Source of the DNA: a bacterium
GTDB lineage: Bacteria > UBP14 > UBA6098
Length of the DNA stretch: 64,000 bases
Direction: 5' to 3'
Assembly: GCA_023145965.1 (NCBI GenBank)
Contig: JAGLDC010000029.1
Location: 3,272-67,271 of the forward strand
Position 1 is the stretch's first letter, and each line of letters opens with the position of its first letter. Under the pieces are notes generated by a model. The model made no database searches. It saw only the letters and a program-made list of their open reading frames with translations, and had not been told where the DNA came from. Both the position numbers and the translations under genes were made by a program. Shown piece after piece: positions 11,901 through 18,789 of the stretch.

Positions 11901-11946
11901 TTAAAATAACAAAAATATAACATGAATTTTTTAGCACATTATTCAT
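2626..11946 (-). CDS. Giant (3106 aa) secreted surface adhesin-like protein with signal peptide, vWA domain, SprB-type repeats, Ig-like domains and a T9SS-type C-terminal sorting domain
   Basis: Single uninterrupted ORF. N-terminal hydrophobic signal MNNVLKNSCYIFVILMLSTLIFA. vWA MIDAS motif DTSGSM at aa ~74. Multiple ~90-aa repeats with PYTYSW...NPxxSP...TTTYxVTVTD...GC (SprB-repeat-like). C-terminus PNPFSP...IYIF...GRAWDGRDKNG...QGLYLYVVE resembles the TIGR04183 / FlgD-Ig-like T9SS CTD. Confidence 0.85.
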   Translation of the reverse strand: MNNVLKNSCYIFVILMLSTLIFAQPFVIDGATIRGKGGRETHLMRPTASSEDWWYSEVVECIHDVGCVDIVFCVDTSGSMAGTINSLQDDIDRFAYDIAAVGFDPRFGLVTYSETVSFPHGSTLEDIATFSSILDEARSGDGGYEHHSDAIYQSIDHFDWRPGCEHVIVLITDECDDASTVSASATISQIISWGGTVYMLTADCGDVDDFRDYCDTSYGRWFDYSSSSLSDVFDQIVDDIADVVEIDITITNTSGSVLNPVTAELVPDFCITVGDSPNPQSYGPIPASGSHTFLWDITEIPGCSGWGDCFVIRVTSGSYVDSIVGCLFVEDCGCPGPEARIICPPYSGLWTACVDQYIEIEYEGYLGVDPNTICIQVEGTTYCYPSSPNLTWTSGIRGGTLRFTPSAPGWSHLQEVEMACVSGEDATGCEQLFFPETDFKVDIQPPHPIYWEHHDATLWPLHAAWREPHDGSVSFSPPCGSTLDSTDHIVVSALLYDDGVGMTPLDLMLRDLDASELAGLDFVGLWTSLTSVRITVNDIPFIPDAPVPGHFSRTVDLDATTYLLDPPSWFGGWAVACTIRADSAGILGLAFLTGEIEICIEANDLVEADGCMPCENDTEWCCTYYLAGELPLIADAGPDKYICITTSATIGGTPPAGGGVPPYIYSWSPGTDLSSTTAGNPTASPTSTTTYILTVTDDASATDSDTMTVYVSDPSADAGGDTTICPGASLPLGGSPTGSGGFGPLTYLWTPAGGLSDPSAANPWFSSDFSWGDTIITLTVTVTDTLGCEATDIVVITISPIIPDAGADVRICVGSPVTLGGSPTASGGVGPYTYSWYEYPGGTTFSTDANPVVSPVDTTTYVVHIYGGDPYCSAIDTVVVYPVQPVADAGVDTAVCSGAPIYIGGSPTGSGSIAPYTYDWSSEPPGFSSFEANPSISPNSSTIYVVMVVDSLGCIDYDSVYIDVAASPYGWVQIPSPCDGITSCEFQEIVWTVTDSTSPIDHSSIEVLVDGSTYTSLSPQIDIIDFGIDSTTVSFIPSMPWTHGSTVIFELTNVANLIGCTGSIAECSFIVDIEPPMPDPPVPPDGSVLFASPDSVGVFISDAPAGVDPASFDSISIEINGIPAMGWTYSWDGGYLSFDGLGLDAGDSVVICLDSLYDAPTYDYCAPNDTSFCWWFMVLPCDLEVTAYPDTILCGGGTIGLSVDVVGGSGFLTYSWNPATGLDDATIPNPTAIVNSTINYVITVYDESLACSMSDTASIIVSDPIADAGPDGVICPFNSVPLGCVPVATGGFAPYTYEWLDLGGTPLYTEEHPTHVFGATGESFVLHVIDSLGCEAWDTVTFDIDFTEMTTLDLITPSPGETLAVGGAYFEWSVTPPGSYLYDFILDGTTIFSRIDSAHVTVDFPCGESHYWEILAYNECMEIYTACGETTTTVYIDTMMSGDPIFYTSECTEPYPVAVHVPDGDWTACDPDSIVAFIIDSAGIIESTISMTVNGIRYHTTDLEVEWDGDSTLVFRPATMWADGETVSVCVDSAINIDDVPLIAPVCWEFYIDRSAPEIVSISPVPGSEIPPTTDMITICVRDDLSGLDSVYVTLDGIDYAFGPFGCVDTAVCFEIVMIPPLPSGDTIDVDVTRMTDCPDWCGPNVGDSSWIFIVSSCDLTVTAYPDTGLCLADSLHFEAIVTGGSGAYSCHWWPEAMFADPLECNPTGWVNSTGWARVVVTDDSMWCFAEDSVFLILSELAIGAGPDGHICPGATITLGCDPVASGGIEPYSYSWQFTDGTEFSSLPNPDYTFADTSVTFIIEVIDSIGCVEYDTVEFVIDYEPITAINLISPTGVPVPPGDVYFEWEPIPGGIDAIYDFYIDGATLFSRIDSTHVSVPFPCGETHGWGVRGYTSCEEVYIACAGDTTFTSVFDTALSANPAFYTSPCGVPSAIYLHVPNGDWTACDPDSIVWLIVDSAGIVESSIEVRVNGATFTTADGELTWDGASRLRFDPSPMWPSGTTVQACLTAVMNIDSVWLPDSVCGEFYVDLDPPVAWGIDPAPGATVVAAGWTSLDMFIFDSLSGLDESSVVFIIDGTAFSLTDPAVTWDGDSTVSIDISALGIDCGDTVNIYITASDSPDWCDPNAMADTFTIFTASCGLTSEIIEPLPNTISACEDQEIILSISVVDLLCPVDPTTIVLNVEGIDYDITDLELDWADPILTWTPPVDWAHSTTVDVCLTDVMDTCGGSSDLLPLCWTFEIDLQPPIPTTWTPPCGSSIDAVSGADFHIVLEDGPALIESVEVSIDGVDYDLGGALIISGSNAEFTWNPVLDGGLALSPGQVFSFCVHTGDSGIAYCEPHDTIICCNYTVPTDTGIVTAEIIEPMPNTITACDDQQIVMTIYGDTVSTPETVELWAFGAHWFDYGAGGEAWADGPGGCAFGCNTSHTGKIIGYFDEYWLLNNYGHDFDWGRNKELFLASMEWLIGATPTRRALYYYDPTQPEGQPSTSGSLNYGRALDTLTAHGWTVSAVPSTTPLSEDLLDDIDVLMTGNIRIDGARVFTSSDAAVVADFVNGGGNLFAICGWLSACEDVSGMNYLISSLGVGFECANWNGTVEVNSSCPLLSTFTDIYCPIVPSSIVLQVDGVDYTVADGELVWSPDSLVFTPSVLWNHGDTVHVCLTEANDSCGAVLPSPICWEFFVDIQPPLLTELDPPCGRPIIPSMTDNWSITLTDDVAGLMPDSTAITLDGVVCPISGPATTRQRSFSFEWSPSDCGITLIPGDTVTLCVVTTDGPVDYCEPNDTIYCCDYPVVDTGGPVATIIRVPEDSISACDPESIIVELVSAYPIVESTIVLSVDGTSYRTSDYQIDWLDPYLTYKPDPEWNDHDTVYASVLVADDIFGNPCINAPLSWIFYIDRVEPISSMDEPASSYTRNLRQQVIIDVDDALAGVDPNTVILVIDGEEYTYSDFDWLPDGLGGKIRWMPDENGVEFIAGDTVNVSLSVGDAPDLCGPNIHLADYIFYVEPWTPCLVVPNPFSPTGDNINEIAIFDWPNMTTEGATIYIFTIRNVLVRSYELSVQTNYEDVIGRAWDGRDKNGLLMPQGLYLYVVESNGRVVCNGTITLLR
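5530..8400 (-). repeat. Internal tandem duplication (~480 aa x2) inside giant adhesin ORF
   Basis: aa ~1183-1660 (CDLEVTAYPDTILCGGG...) and aa ~1658-2140 (CDLTVTAYPDTGLCLAD...) are colinear homologous modules, each with 2 SprB-like repeats plus Ig-like domains. Many blocks are shared, e.g. DGDWTACDPDSIV, LFSRIDSxHV, FPCGExH. Coordinates are approximate. Confidence 0.7.
11226..11745 (-). other. von Willebrand factor A (vWA) domain of giant adhesin
   Basis: DIVFCVDTSGSM...VTYSE...ITDE pattern typical of a MIDAS-containing vWA fold, at aa ~68-240. Confidence 0.65.
11875..11946 (-). other. Predicted signal peptide of giant adhesin
   Basis: First ~24 residues MNNVLKNSCYIFVILMLSTLIFAQ have a hydrophobic core followed by AQ. 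Confidence 0.6.
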
Positions 11947-12044
11947 AGGTTCCCCAATGTTTCAGTTTGGGCAATAATCAATCTATTATAAATAAATACA
12001 AGTTTTACACTCAGTCAAGCCTTAATATTTTTTTAGAACAATTT

Positions 12045-13211
12045 TCAGCTAGTTGAAAATGGAGTATATGTTCTTAGATTGAACCTTTTCTCGATTATTT
12101 CCGCCTCAACCCTGTTCGGAACGACTACAATAATTTTATCCTTTGGAATATCTGACAAAGAAAAATCTCCAATAAACCGCCATTCCTTTTCTTTACTCCA
12201 ATCTACCTTGCTCCCGATGGGTTGAAAGTATTGTCTATTTTCTGGAGATAGCAAATCATATGCTTTTTCTTGACCATAAATAATTTTTCGAATTCCTTTT
12301 TCCCGAGCAACATCCATATCGATCGCTATTCCGTAAAACTCGAAAGAAAACCGCGATCGAGAGGGATTCCAATTCATCAAAGAAAGTGATTCCTTGGGAT
12401 TAAGCGCCGTAAAAGATACATTTGGCATATGATTCCGAAAATTTCTTCTTGTTCCATAAATAACCTCGTCTGAGAGTATTCTAAGAAGAGAATTCAATGC
12501 GGACCTTGGGTATTCCTCATTCGAACAAGCTATAGCTCTGTAGTAATCGGCCTTGGATTCTCCCGGCCATGGTTCGGTGAAGGAGTGTGTCCAGTGCGTC
12601 AATTTTGGCCAAATATCCGGTAGTATAAAATCTAAATTTCTCTTTTGCAGCATTTTATGGATATTTCTTCTCTTCGATTTGATATATGGAATTGAAGAAG
12701 CCGAATTTATCTTACACCAGCCTCGAGCGCTTTTTTTAATCTCGCAGTCTAGGTTGCCTCCTCTTCGTATCGATATAGGGGAAATTTCGTCTGCTAGTTT
12801 AATTACCCGACGATCCCTCTCCACCCAGGTCATTTTAGGGTGTGTTATTGGGCAATTGGTTTTGTAAAAAGCGAAAGCTACACGCCTCTCGTCGAGTGAA
12901 TATTCTGAAACAATATCGTAAACTATTTCCTGCTCTAAATCATCGGCATACAAAGGAAGAATCAGAATCTGCTTGCCTCCATAGTGACCGATAGCCCATG
13001 TTAAAAGATTCCATGTGTGCATTCCTATCGAGGAGAGAATAGTTCTATTTTCCCTGATATTGAAACGAACTGCTTCGAGGGTTTTAGAAACCCATAGGTC
13101 ATTCCCCACGGGCATTTTTGTTTGTCGTGAATTTAGAATCGATACAAATGGCCGATTAAATGCCGGCCCATAATAGCTGAGAATCGAGTTATCTGTCTCC
13201 ATATAATTCAA
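12045..13211 (-). CDS. Hypothetical protein with DprA/SLOG-like Rossmann N-terminal domain and internal Rx4H (HEPN-like) motif; possible conflict-system component
   Basis: 388-aa ORF in an AT-rich islet. N-terminal region SSIGMHTWNLLTWAIGHYGGKQILILP resembles the DprA/Smf (SLOG) nucleotide-binding core GxxxGIDxxAHxxALxxGGxTIAVL. The middle contains RRNFRNH (R-x4-H). No recognisable housekeeping family. Confidence 0.45.
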   Translation of the reverse strand: MNYMETDNSILSYYGPAFNRPFVSILNSRQTKMPVGNDLWVSKTLEAVRFNIRENRTILSSIGMHTWNLLTWAIGHYGGKQILILPLYADDLEQEIVYDIVSEYSLDERRVAFAFYKTNCPITHPKMTWVERDRRVIKLADEISPISIRRGGNLDCEIKKSARGWCKINSASSIPYIKSKRRNIHKMLQKRNLDFILPDIWPKLTHWTHSFTEPWPGESKADYYRAIACSNEEYPRSALNSLLRILSDEVIYGTRRNFRNHMPNVSFTALNPKESLSLMNWNPSRSRFSFEFYGIAIDMDVAREKGIRKIIYGQEKAYDLLSPENRQYFQPIGSKVDWSKEKEWRFIGDFSLSDIPKDKIIVVVPNRVEAEIIEKRFNLRTYTPFSTS

Positions 13212-13331
13212 TTTAACAACTGTTAATCATAACCGCAAGATTTTTAACCAGAATTATCTTGTCATACTAAATTTGACTTTTAAACATCATATCGATATAC
13301 TTAGTAAATATAATATTCAATGTAATTTAGT

Positions 13332-14093
13332 ATGAATACTTCAAAAGGTATAATTGTATTATTTGTTTTGGGGGTTTTGATCCTTGCGTTTCTTTGTTCC
13401 CGTGAACCCTCCAGACAGAATTCAGCAGAACCTAAGCAAGAAACAACCGATGAAGCTACTAATATGCTTAATGATGCTGCCGACATGCTTGAAAGTAAAC
13501 CTATTACTTCAAGTTATCCCAAACCAAAAAAAAATCATTTAGGCTATGAAATAGCAGAAACCAAACCATCTTCGATTCCTTATGTGACTAAGGTAACAAT
13601 CCCAAAAAGCCAACCAACAATTAACGAAATAAATTCTTCCAACACACAAGATTCACTATATGTAACCTCTCGCTTTCTAGGGGATAACCCTAAGAATGAA
13701 ACAACAGAAAAAAATAACAGTCCCAATGAATCCGAGTGGAAAAGTCAATATTCTGATTATAAGGGTAAATGGACTAAAAATACGAATCAAACAACTAAAC
13801 CGGAAACTCAAAAGCAGGAAGAAGACCTTAGTAGTTTCTATTCCGATATAAAATCTTGGGCAACCAAAAGTAGAACTGCAAATGAGGCAAGAGTCAAGGC
13901 ATACAATATACGCCAGGAAGCGAATAAGCTCCGTGAAGATGCCGAAAACCTCACCGGAAACGAGCAAGAGATCATAAAACAAAAAGCAACGATAATGGAA
14001 GATTACTCTAAGCAGATTAATGCAACTCGAGGTAATTCGACAAAAATAAATTTATTACGCCAAAATGCCGAGGATAATCTCCAAGATAATTAA
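13332..14093 (+). CDS. Hypothetical secreted/membrane-anchored low-complexity protein (N/K/T/E/Q-rich)
   Basis: N-terminal hydrophobic segment IIVLFVLGVLILAFLC. The remainder is polar low-complexity with a coiled-coil-like C-terminus. AT-rich codon composition. Confidence 0.55.
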   Translation: MNTSKGIIVLFVLGVLILAFLCSREPSRQNSAEPKQETTDEATNMLNDAADMLESKPITSSYPKPKKNHLGYEIAETKPSSIPYVTKVTIPKSQPTINEINSSNTQDSLYVTSRFLGDNPKNETTEKNNSPNESEWKSQYSDYKGKWTKNTNQTTKPETQKQEEDLSSFYSDIKSWATKSRTANEARVKAYNIRQEANKLREDAENLTGNEQEIIKQKATIMEDYSKQINATRGNSTKINLLRQNAEDNLQDN

Positions 14094-14136
14094 CACAAAT
14101 TGTTTAACCCCTCTAACAATCTAAATATACTCTACA

Positions 14137-14154
14137 ATGTTTCACATGAAACAT
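14137..14154. promoter_or_regulatory. Inverted repeat aTGTTTCA-ca-TGAAACAt upstream of mnmG (copy 1)
   Basis: 7-bp arms with a 2-bp spacer, 40 bp upstream of the mnmG ATG. The identical 16-mer recurs at 16035-16050. Confidence 0.5.
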
Positions 14155-14193
14155 AACTTGCAAATACCCCATTTATCTTTATTTTGATTTGCT

Positions 14194-16059
14194 ATGCTTA
14201 GTGGATTCGACATATTAGTAATTGGCGGAGGCCATGCAGGAATCGAGGCTGTTTTGGCGTCTGCAAAATTCGGACATAGGATTGGGCTCATTAATTTCGA
14301 CCTCGAGTCCATAGGGAGATTAAGTTGTAACCCAGCAATAGGAGGAATTGCAAAGAGCCACGTTGTCCGCGAAGTCGATTGCCTTGGCGGTGCTATGGGT
14401 AAAATTGCAGATTTATCGGCAATACAATATCGCGTTCTGAATCGTAGTAAAGGCTATGCAGTTCAAGCCACACGCTCTCAAAATGAAAGAAACCTCTATC
14501 CCAAACTCATTCAAAAAGAAATCCTTAATAATCCAAATATCGAAGTGATTTATGGAGAGGCCGTTGATTTATCAATATCTAATGGCAAAATACGGAGTCT
14601 AACCCTCGATAACGGAAGCGTCTTAACCGCAAGAGTCATAATCGTTTGCACCGGGACTTTTCTCAAAGGAAAAATATTTACGGGTCCGTCATCGATACCC
14701 GCTGGAAGGCTTGGAGACCCTCCTGCAAACAGGCTTTCAGCCTCTCTTCGTGCCGAAGGTATCACTCTGAAGCGTTTTAAAACTGGGACTCCACCGCGTG
14801 TTCTTGCTGAATCGATAGATTTCTCAAAAACTATCCGGCAACATGGAGAAAAAGAATACCGTCCTTTTTCGATATTCACTAAAGACTTACTCCCCCTTGA
14901 AAATCAGGAGTTTTGCTGGATAACCAAAACAAATGACAGGACTATCGAACTTGTTAAAAATAATTTATCCCTTTGTCCCATGTTCGATGGAAGAATCGAG
15001 GGAACTGGCCCCAGATACTGCCCATCTATCGAAGTTAAAGTTATGAAGTTCCCAAACAATTCTTCACATACTATCTTTCTAGAACCCGAAGGTCATTCAA
15101 ATCCCGAGATATATGTTAATGGCATATCCATGAGTCTTCCTGAAAAGCTTCAGTTGCAAATACTTAGGACTATTCCCGGCCTTGAAAATGTTTCAGTTTC
15201 CCAGTGGGCCTATGCTGTCGAATACGATTGTATCGATCCTCGACAACTTAATTCACAACTCGAATACAAAGGTATCCAAGGACTATATTTCGCCGGTCAG
15301 GTCAATGGCACCAGTGGTTATGAGGAAGCCGCTGGTCAAGGTTTATACGCAGGAATAAACGCCTCTCTTTTCCTAAAAGGCGAACCTCCTTTTAGGCTCA
15401 AAAGAAGCGATTCATATATTGCAATAATGATAGATGACATTATAACTTTAGGAGTAGATGATCCATATCGCCTCTTTACTTCAAGGGCTGAATATCGCCT
15501 TAAACTCAGAGAGGATAATGCAGTCTGGCGAATGTTACCATATTCCGATAAATATAATCTTCTCCCAAAAAATACAATAGATCACCTATCTAAACTAGAT
15601 GCTTGCTATTTTGAGAAAAAGAAGCGCTTTCAAGATATCCGCATTCCATTTGAATTGAGAATTAATATATCTTCACCTAATAAACCCAGTGTTTATAATT
15701 ATCTCAAACAAACTGGTAATCACTTTCAAGATTTATTCGATTCTGGATTCCTCAACCCTGATTTACCATTCGAGATACTAGAACGCATTGAAATAGAGGC
15801 AAAATATGAGGGCTTTATAACGCGCGAAGAAAAGCGTGTAAAGAAATATGACAAAATTCTTTCTACTTTTGTTCCTATTTCACTTGATTATTCCGATGTC
15901 GAGGGTCTTTCATCCGAGGCAGCCGAAAAGCTCTTTTCCAGAAAACCTCGAACTCTACGAGAAGCCTCAATCATCCCCGGAATAACTCCTGCGGCAATAT
16001 TCGCATTATATGTCCATCTTAATAATAAAAACTTTGTTTCACATGAAACAATTAGTTAA
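14194..16059 (+). CDS. mnmG: tRNA uridine 5-carboxymethylaminomethyl modification enzyme MnmG (GidA)
   Basis: [18 protein letters not shown]-binding motif. 621 aa. Strong overall GidA pattern. Confidence 0.95.
   Translation: MLSGFDILVIGGGHAGIEAVLASAKFGHRIGLINFDLESIGRLSCNPAIGGIAKSHVVREVDCLGGAMGKIADLSAIQYRVLNRSKGYAVQATRSQNERNLYPKLIQKEILNNPNIEVIYGEAVDLSISNGKIRSLTLDNGSVLTARVIIVCTGTFLKGKIFTGPSSIPAGRLGDPPANRLSASLRAEGITLKRFKTGTPPRVLAESIDFSKTIRQHGEKEYRPFSIFTKDLLPLENQEFCWITKTNDRTIELVKNNLSLCPMFDGRIEGTGPRYCPSIEVKVMKFPNNSSHTIFLEPEGHSNPEIYVNGISMSLPEKLQLQILRTIPGLENVSVSQWAYAVEYDCIDPRQLNSQLEYKGIQGLYFAGQVNGTSGYEEAAGQGLYAGINASLFLKGEPPFRLKRSDSYIAIMIDDIITLGVDDPYRLFTSRAEYRLKLREDNAVWRMLPYSDKYNLLPKNTIDHLSKLDACYFEKKKRFQDIRIPFELRINISSPNKPSVYNYLKQTGNHFQDLFDSGFLNPDLPFEILERIEIEAKYEGFITREEKRVKKYDKILSTFVPISLDYSDVEGLSSEAAEKLFSRKPRTLREASIIPGITPAAIFALYVHLNNKNFVSHETIS
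16034..16051. promoter_or_regulatory. Inverted repeat tTGTTTCA-ca-TGAAACAa at 3' end of mnmG / 10 bp upstream of rsmG (copy 2)
   Basis: Same 16-mer as at 14138-14153. It lies within the last codons of mnmG. Confidence 0.5.
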
Positions 16060-16695
16060 ATGCACACAGAAGAAATTAATACTTTTATCTCTTATCTGAA
16101 GGATTATCAAGCCGAATTGCCTCTCGAATTAATTGATAAGCTTACTATATTCGCCTCGTTAATCCATAAAAATAATCGCGCACTTAACCTCGTTTCAGAC
16201 CACGACGTAAACTCCCTTTGGACAAGACACTTTCTCGACTCTCTAACACCTTTTCTCCTAGGCCTTATCAATAAACCCGCAGATATAATCGATATAGGTT
16301 CCGGAGCCGGTTTACCCGGAATCCCCTTAGCCCTTTTAAACCATCAATTTTCAGTCACTATGATCGATTCCAATAGCAAAAAAGCTCGATTCATCGAGCG
16401 AAGTATTCTCGAACTAGAAATTGATAATGCCAATATTATCAACGGCAGATGGGAAAATATCAACCGTAAATTCGATTACTGCCTCTCAAGAGCCGTTTTT
16501 TCAGGCTTTCCCCCGCTGGGTAAATTAGCCCAAATCATTCACTCACAAGGAAAATTAATCTTATTCAAAGGCAAGCAAAAACCAAATATAGAACCCGACG
16601 AAATAAATAATGCCGGCTTCTTAAATTCAGAATTTATTATACTACCAGATAAACTATTCAAAGGTAAATCCCTTCTTGTTCTAACAAAATCATAG
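16060..16695 (+). CDS. rsmG: 16S rRNA (guanine527-N7)-methyltransferase RsmG (GidB)
   Basis: LVSDHDVNSLWTRHFLDSL and IDIGSGAGLPGIPLA SAM-binding motifs. Immediately follows mnmG, the conserved gidA-gidB order. Confidence 0.9.
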   Translation: MHTEEINTFISYLKDYQAELPLELIDKLTIFASLIHKNNRALNLVSDHDVNSLWTRHFLDSLTPFLLGLINKPADIIDIGSGAGLPGIPLALLNHQFSVTMIDSNSKKARFIERSILELEIDNANIINGRWENINRKFDYCLSRAVFSGFPPLGKLAQIIHSQGKLILFKGKQKPNIEPDEINNAGFLNSEFIILPDKLFKGKSLLVLTKS

Positions 16696-16865
16696 GTTTC
16701 TTCTTCTAAGAAACCTAACTAAATTCTCTAATCTGAAATATATATTCTAAGGTGATTAAAGTGCTGGCACGGGCGGAGTCTTTGTGCTTCCGTTGGGATT
16801 TTTGAGCTGTATATTATCCAATAAATCTAATATCTTTGAAATAGCAAAAATCGTGACAGCACTTT

Positions 16866-17423
16866 CTACTGAAATAAAAGCCCTCTATTTTTCCAAAAAT
16901 AATCTGCCATTGTTATCCATGCAAGAATTCCCACTAACGATATAGCCACACTTCCAAATCTATATCCTACAGGATTTCCTCCTATTGAAGCATATACCAT
17001 GATCAATATCAAGCTTCCCATCTCGAGCAATGTCTTTGTTTTTGCAAGTTTACTGGGAAGTATTTTAACACCTTTACTTATTCCCCACAACCTAAAGCTC
17101 GTCATTATAACATCTCTTAATATAATTGCAATTACGGGTATAACAATAATATATCCCGCTGCTGCCACTCCTGCTAATGCAAACCCAGACAATAACTTAT
17201 CCGCAACAGGATCTGCAAACTGCCCGAATCCGGTAACTAACTTATGCTTCCTCGCTAAATATCCATCCATCCAGTCAGTTATTGCTCCTATCCCGAACAA
17301 TACACTGCCTATACCCATCCATCTTCCACCACTAAATATGGCAATAAAAACCAATGGCGCTAATATTATCCTTATTATTGTTAGCAAATTGGGAAGGTTC
17401 AATTTACTCCTCACCAAAACCAT
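16866..17423 (-). CDS. pgsA: CDP-diacylglycerol--glycerol-3-phosphate 3-phosphatidyltransferase
   Basis: NLLTIIRIILAP...DWMDGYLARKHKLVTGFGQFADPVADK is the CDP-alcohol phosphatidyltransferase signature D-G-x2-A-R-x8-G-x3-D-x3-D. Confidence 0.85.
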   Translation of the reverse strand: MVLVRSKLNLPNLLTIIRIILAPLVFIAIFSGGRWMGIGSVLFGIGAITDWMDGYLARKHKLVTGFGQFADPVADKLLSGFALAGVAAAGYIIVIPVIAIILRDVIMTSFRLWGISKGVKILPSKLAKTKTLLEMGSLILIMVYASIGGNPVGYRFGSVAISLVGILAWITMADYFWKNRGLLFQ

Positions 17424-17670
17424 CTCCGAAAAGCTTCACAACCTCTCTCATTGCATCTTCCTGATCTTCACCATCGACCTCGATAGTCAATTTAGCGCCC
17501 TTCTGTGCTGCAAGAATCAGTACGCCCATTATGCTTTTTGCATCGACGGACAAATCTTCTTTTTTTATCGTGATTTTCGATTTATACTTGGCCGCTGTTT
17601 TAACCAGCATAGTCGCCGGTCTTGCGTGAAGTCCCAATTTGTTAACAATTTCAACCTCTGTGGTCAACAT
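17404..17670 (-). CDS. ptsH: Phosphocarrier protein HPr
   Basis: 88 aa. GLHARPA active-site His motif, and a conserved regulatory Ser region (KSIMGV). Confidence 0.9.
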   Translation of the reverse strand: MLTTEVEIVNKLGLHARPATMLVKTAAKYKSKITIKKEDLSVDAKSIMGVLILAAQKGAKLTIEVDGEDQEDAMREVVKLFGDGFGEE

Positions 17671-17679
17671 ATTTTTTCC

Positions 17680-18789
17680 TCAAACATTCCTTGCGTATTT
17701 TGACCCCGGTAGCCTTTTTACAATGTCTTTCATTTCAAGCTCAGTAAGTATTCCCAGTATCGTCCTTATATCCAAATCTGCTTTTTTTGCCATATTATCC
17801 ACAGTTACGCCTTCGAAATCCATTGCATCATAAATTTTTTTAGATATTCCTGTAAGCGATATCGCTTTTTCCTGAGATTGTTTTCTCGAATTCTCTTCCA
17901 TAGCTTCGATTTTTAATGATGCAATAACATCTTTTGGTTCAAGAGCAGGAATTGCGCCATCTCGAATGAGCGAATTTGGAGCGGCTGAATTAGGCCTGTC
18001 GATATGGCCGGGAATTGCATATACATCACGCCCTTGTGTTGCTGCGTAATCCGCGGTAATAAGTGCTCCACTTCTCTTACGACCCTCTACTATCAATACC
18101 GCTTTTGAAAGCCCACTTACTATACGATTTCTTGGTGGAAAATTCTTCGGGTCAGCTTTCGTCCCAAGAGGATATTCACTAACAACAGCCCCGTTTTGAA
18201 TTATTTCTCTATACAGCTTGGCATTTATAGAAGGATATACAACATCAACACCACAACCAAGCACCGCAATCGTGCGACCTCCGGCTCTTATTGCAGCGTC
18301 TTGTGCGTTGCCATCTATACCCATAGCCATCCCCGACACAATAGTCACGCCCTGTTTCACTAGGTATTGCGAAAAACGCCTCGACTGATCTATCCCATAA
18401 CGCGTTGGCCTACGAGTCCCTACTATGCCTACCGCCAGCTCGTCTGTTTTTATAATCTCGCCCATAATATATAAAATAATTGGCGCATCGACAATTTCTG
18501 AGAGGTTTTCTGGATAGTCTTCATCTAATATAGTTATAGCTCGAGCCTTTGACTCTTCTATCTTTTCGATTTCTCTTTTAAGGTTTGTGTCCCTCTTTGG
18601 ATCGTAATTTTTGAAGCCGTTCAAAGCCCTTTTATTTAAAACTTCCTCTAAAGAACCTGCATCTGCCCCAAATATTTTCTGCGGTGTTTTGAATTTATCC
18701 AGAAGCCTCCCGGCTGTTATTGAACCCACGCCGGAAATACTCTGAAGCGCTAACATCCAATAAAGGTTATCTTCCCTCATAATCGCCAT
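17680..18789 (-). CDS. dprA: DNA processing protein DprA (Smf)
   Basis: IVGTRRPTRYG...VSGMAMGIDGNAQDAAIRAGGRTIAVLGCGVDVVYP is the DprA Rossmann core. C-terminal winged-helix-like tail. Confidence 0.9.
   Translation of the reverse strand: MAIMREDNLYWMLALQSISGVGSITAGRLLDKFKTPQKIFGADAGSLEEVLNKRALNGFKNYDPKRDTNLKREIEKIEESKARAITILDEDYPENLSEIVDAPIILYIMGEIIKTDELAVGIVGTRRPTRYGIDQSRRFSQYLVKQGVTIVSGMAMGIDGNAQDAAIRAGGRTIAVLGCGVDVVYPSINAKLYREIIQNGAVVSEYPLGTKADPKNFPPRNRIVSGLSKAVLIVEGRKRSGALITADYAATQGRDVYAIPGHIDRPNSAAPNSLIRDGAIPALEPKDVIASLKIEAMEENSRKQSQEKAISLTGISKKIYDAMDFEGVTVDNMAKKADLDIRTILGILTELEMKDIVKRLPGSKYARNV

Noticed and set aside
16696-16718. Hairpin AGGTTTCTT-cttct-AAGAAACCT right after rsmG stop as intrinsic terminator
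   Set aside because: Good 9-bp stem but no downstream U-tract. Kept only as a possible structure, not called as a terminator.
16846-16861. 16-mer CAAAAATCGTGACAGC shared between 16846 and 49491
   Set aside because: A single exact 16-mer match is about what chance gives in a 64-kb AT-biased window. No extended similarity around it, unlike the three-copy repeat family.
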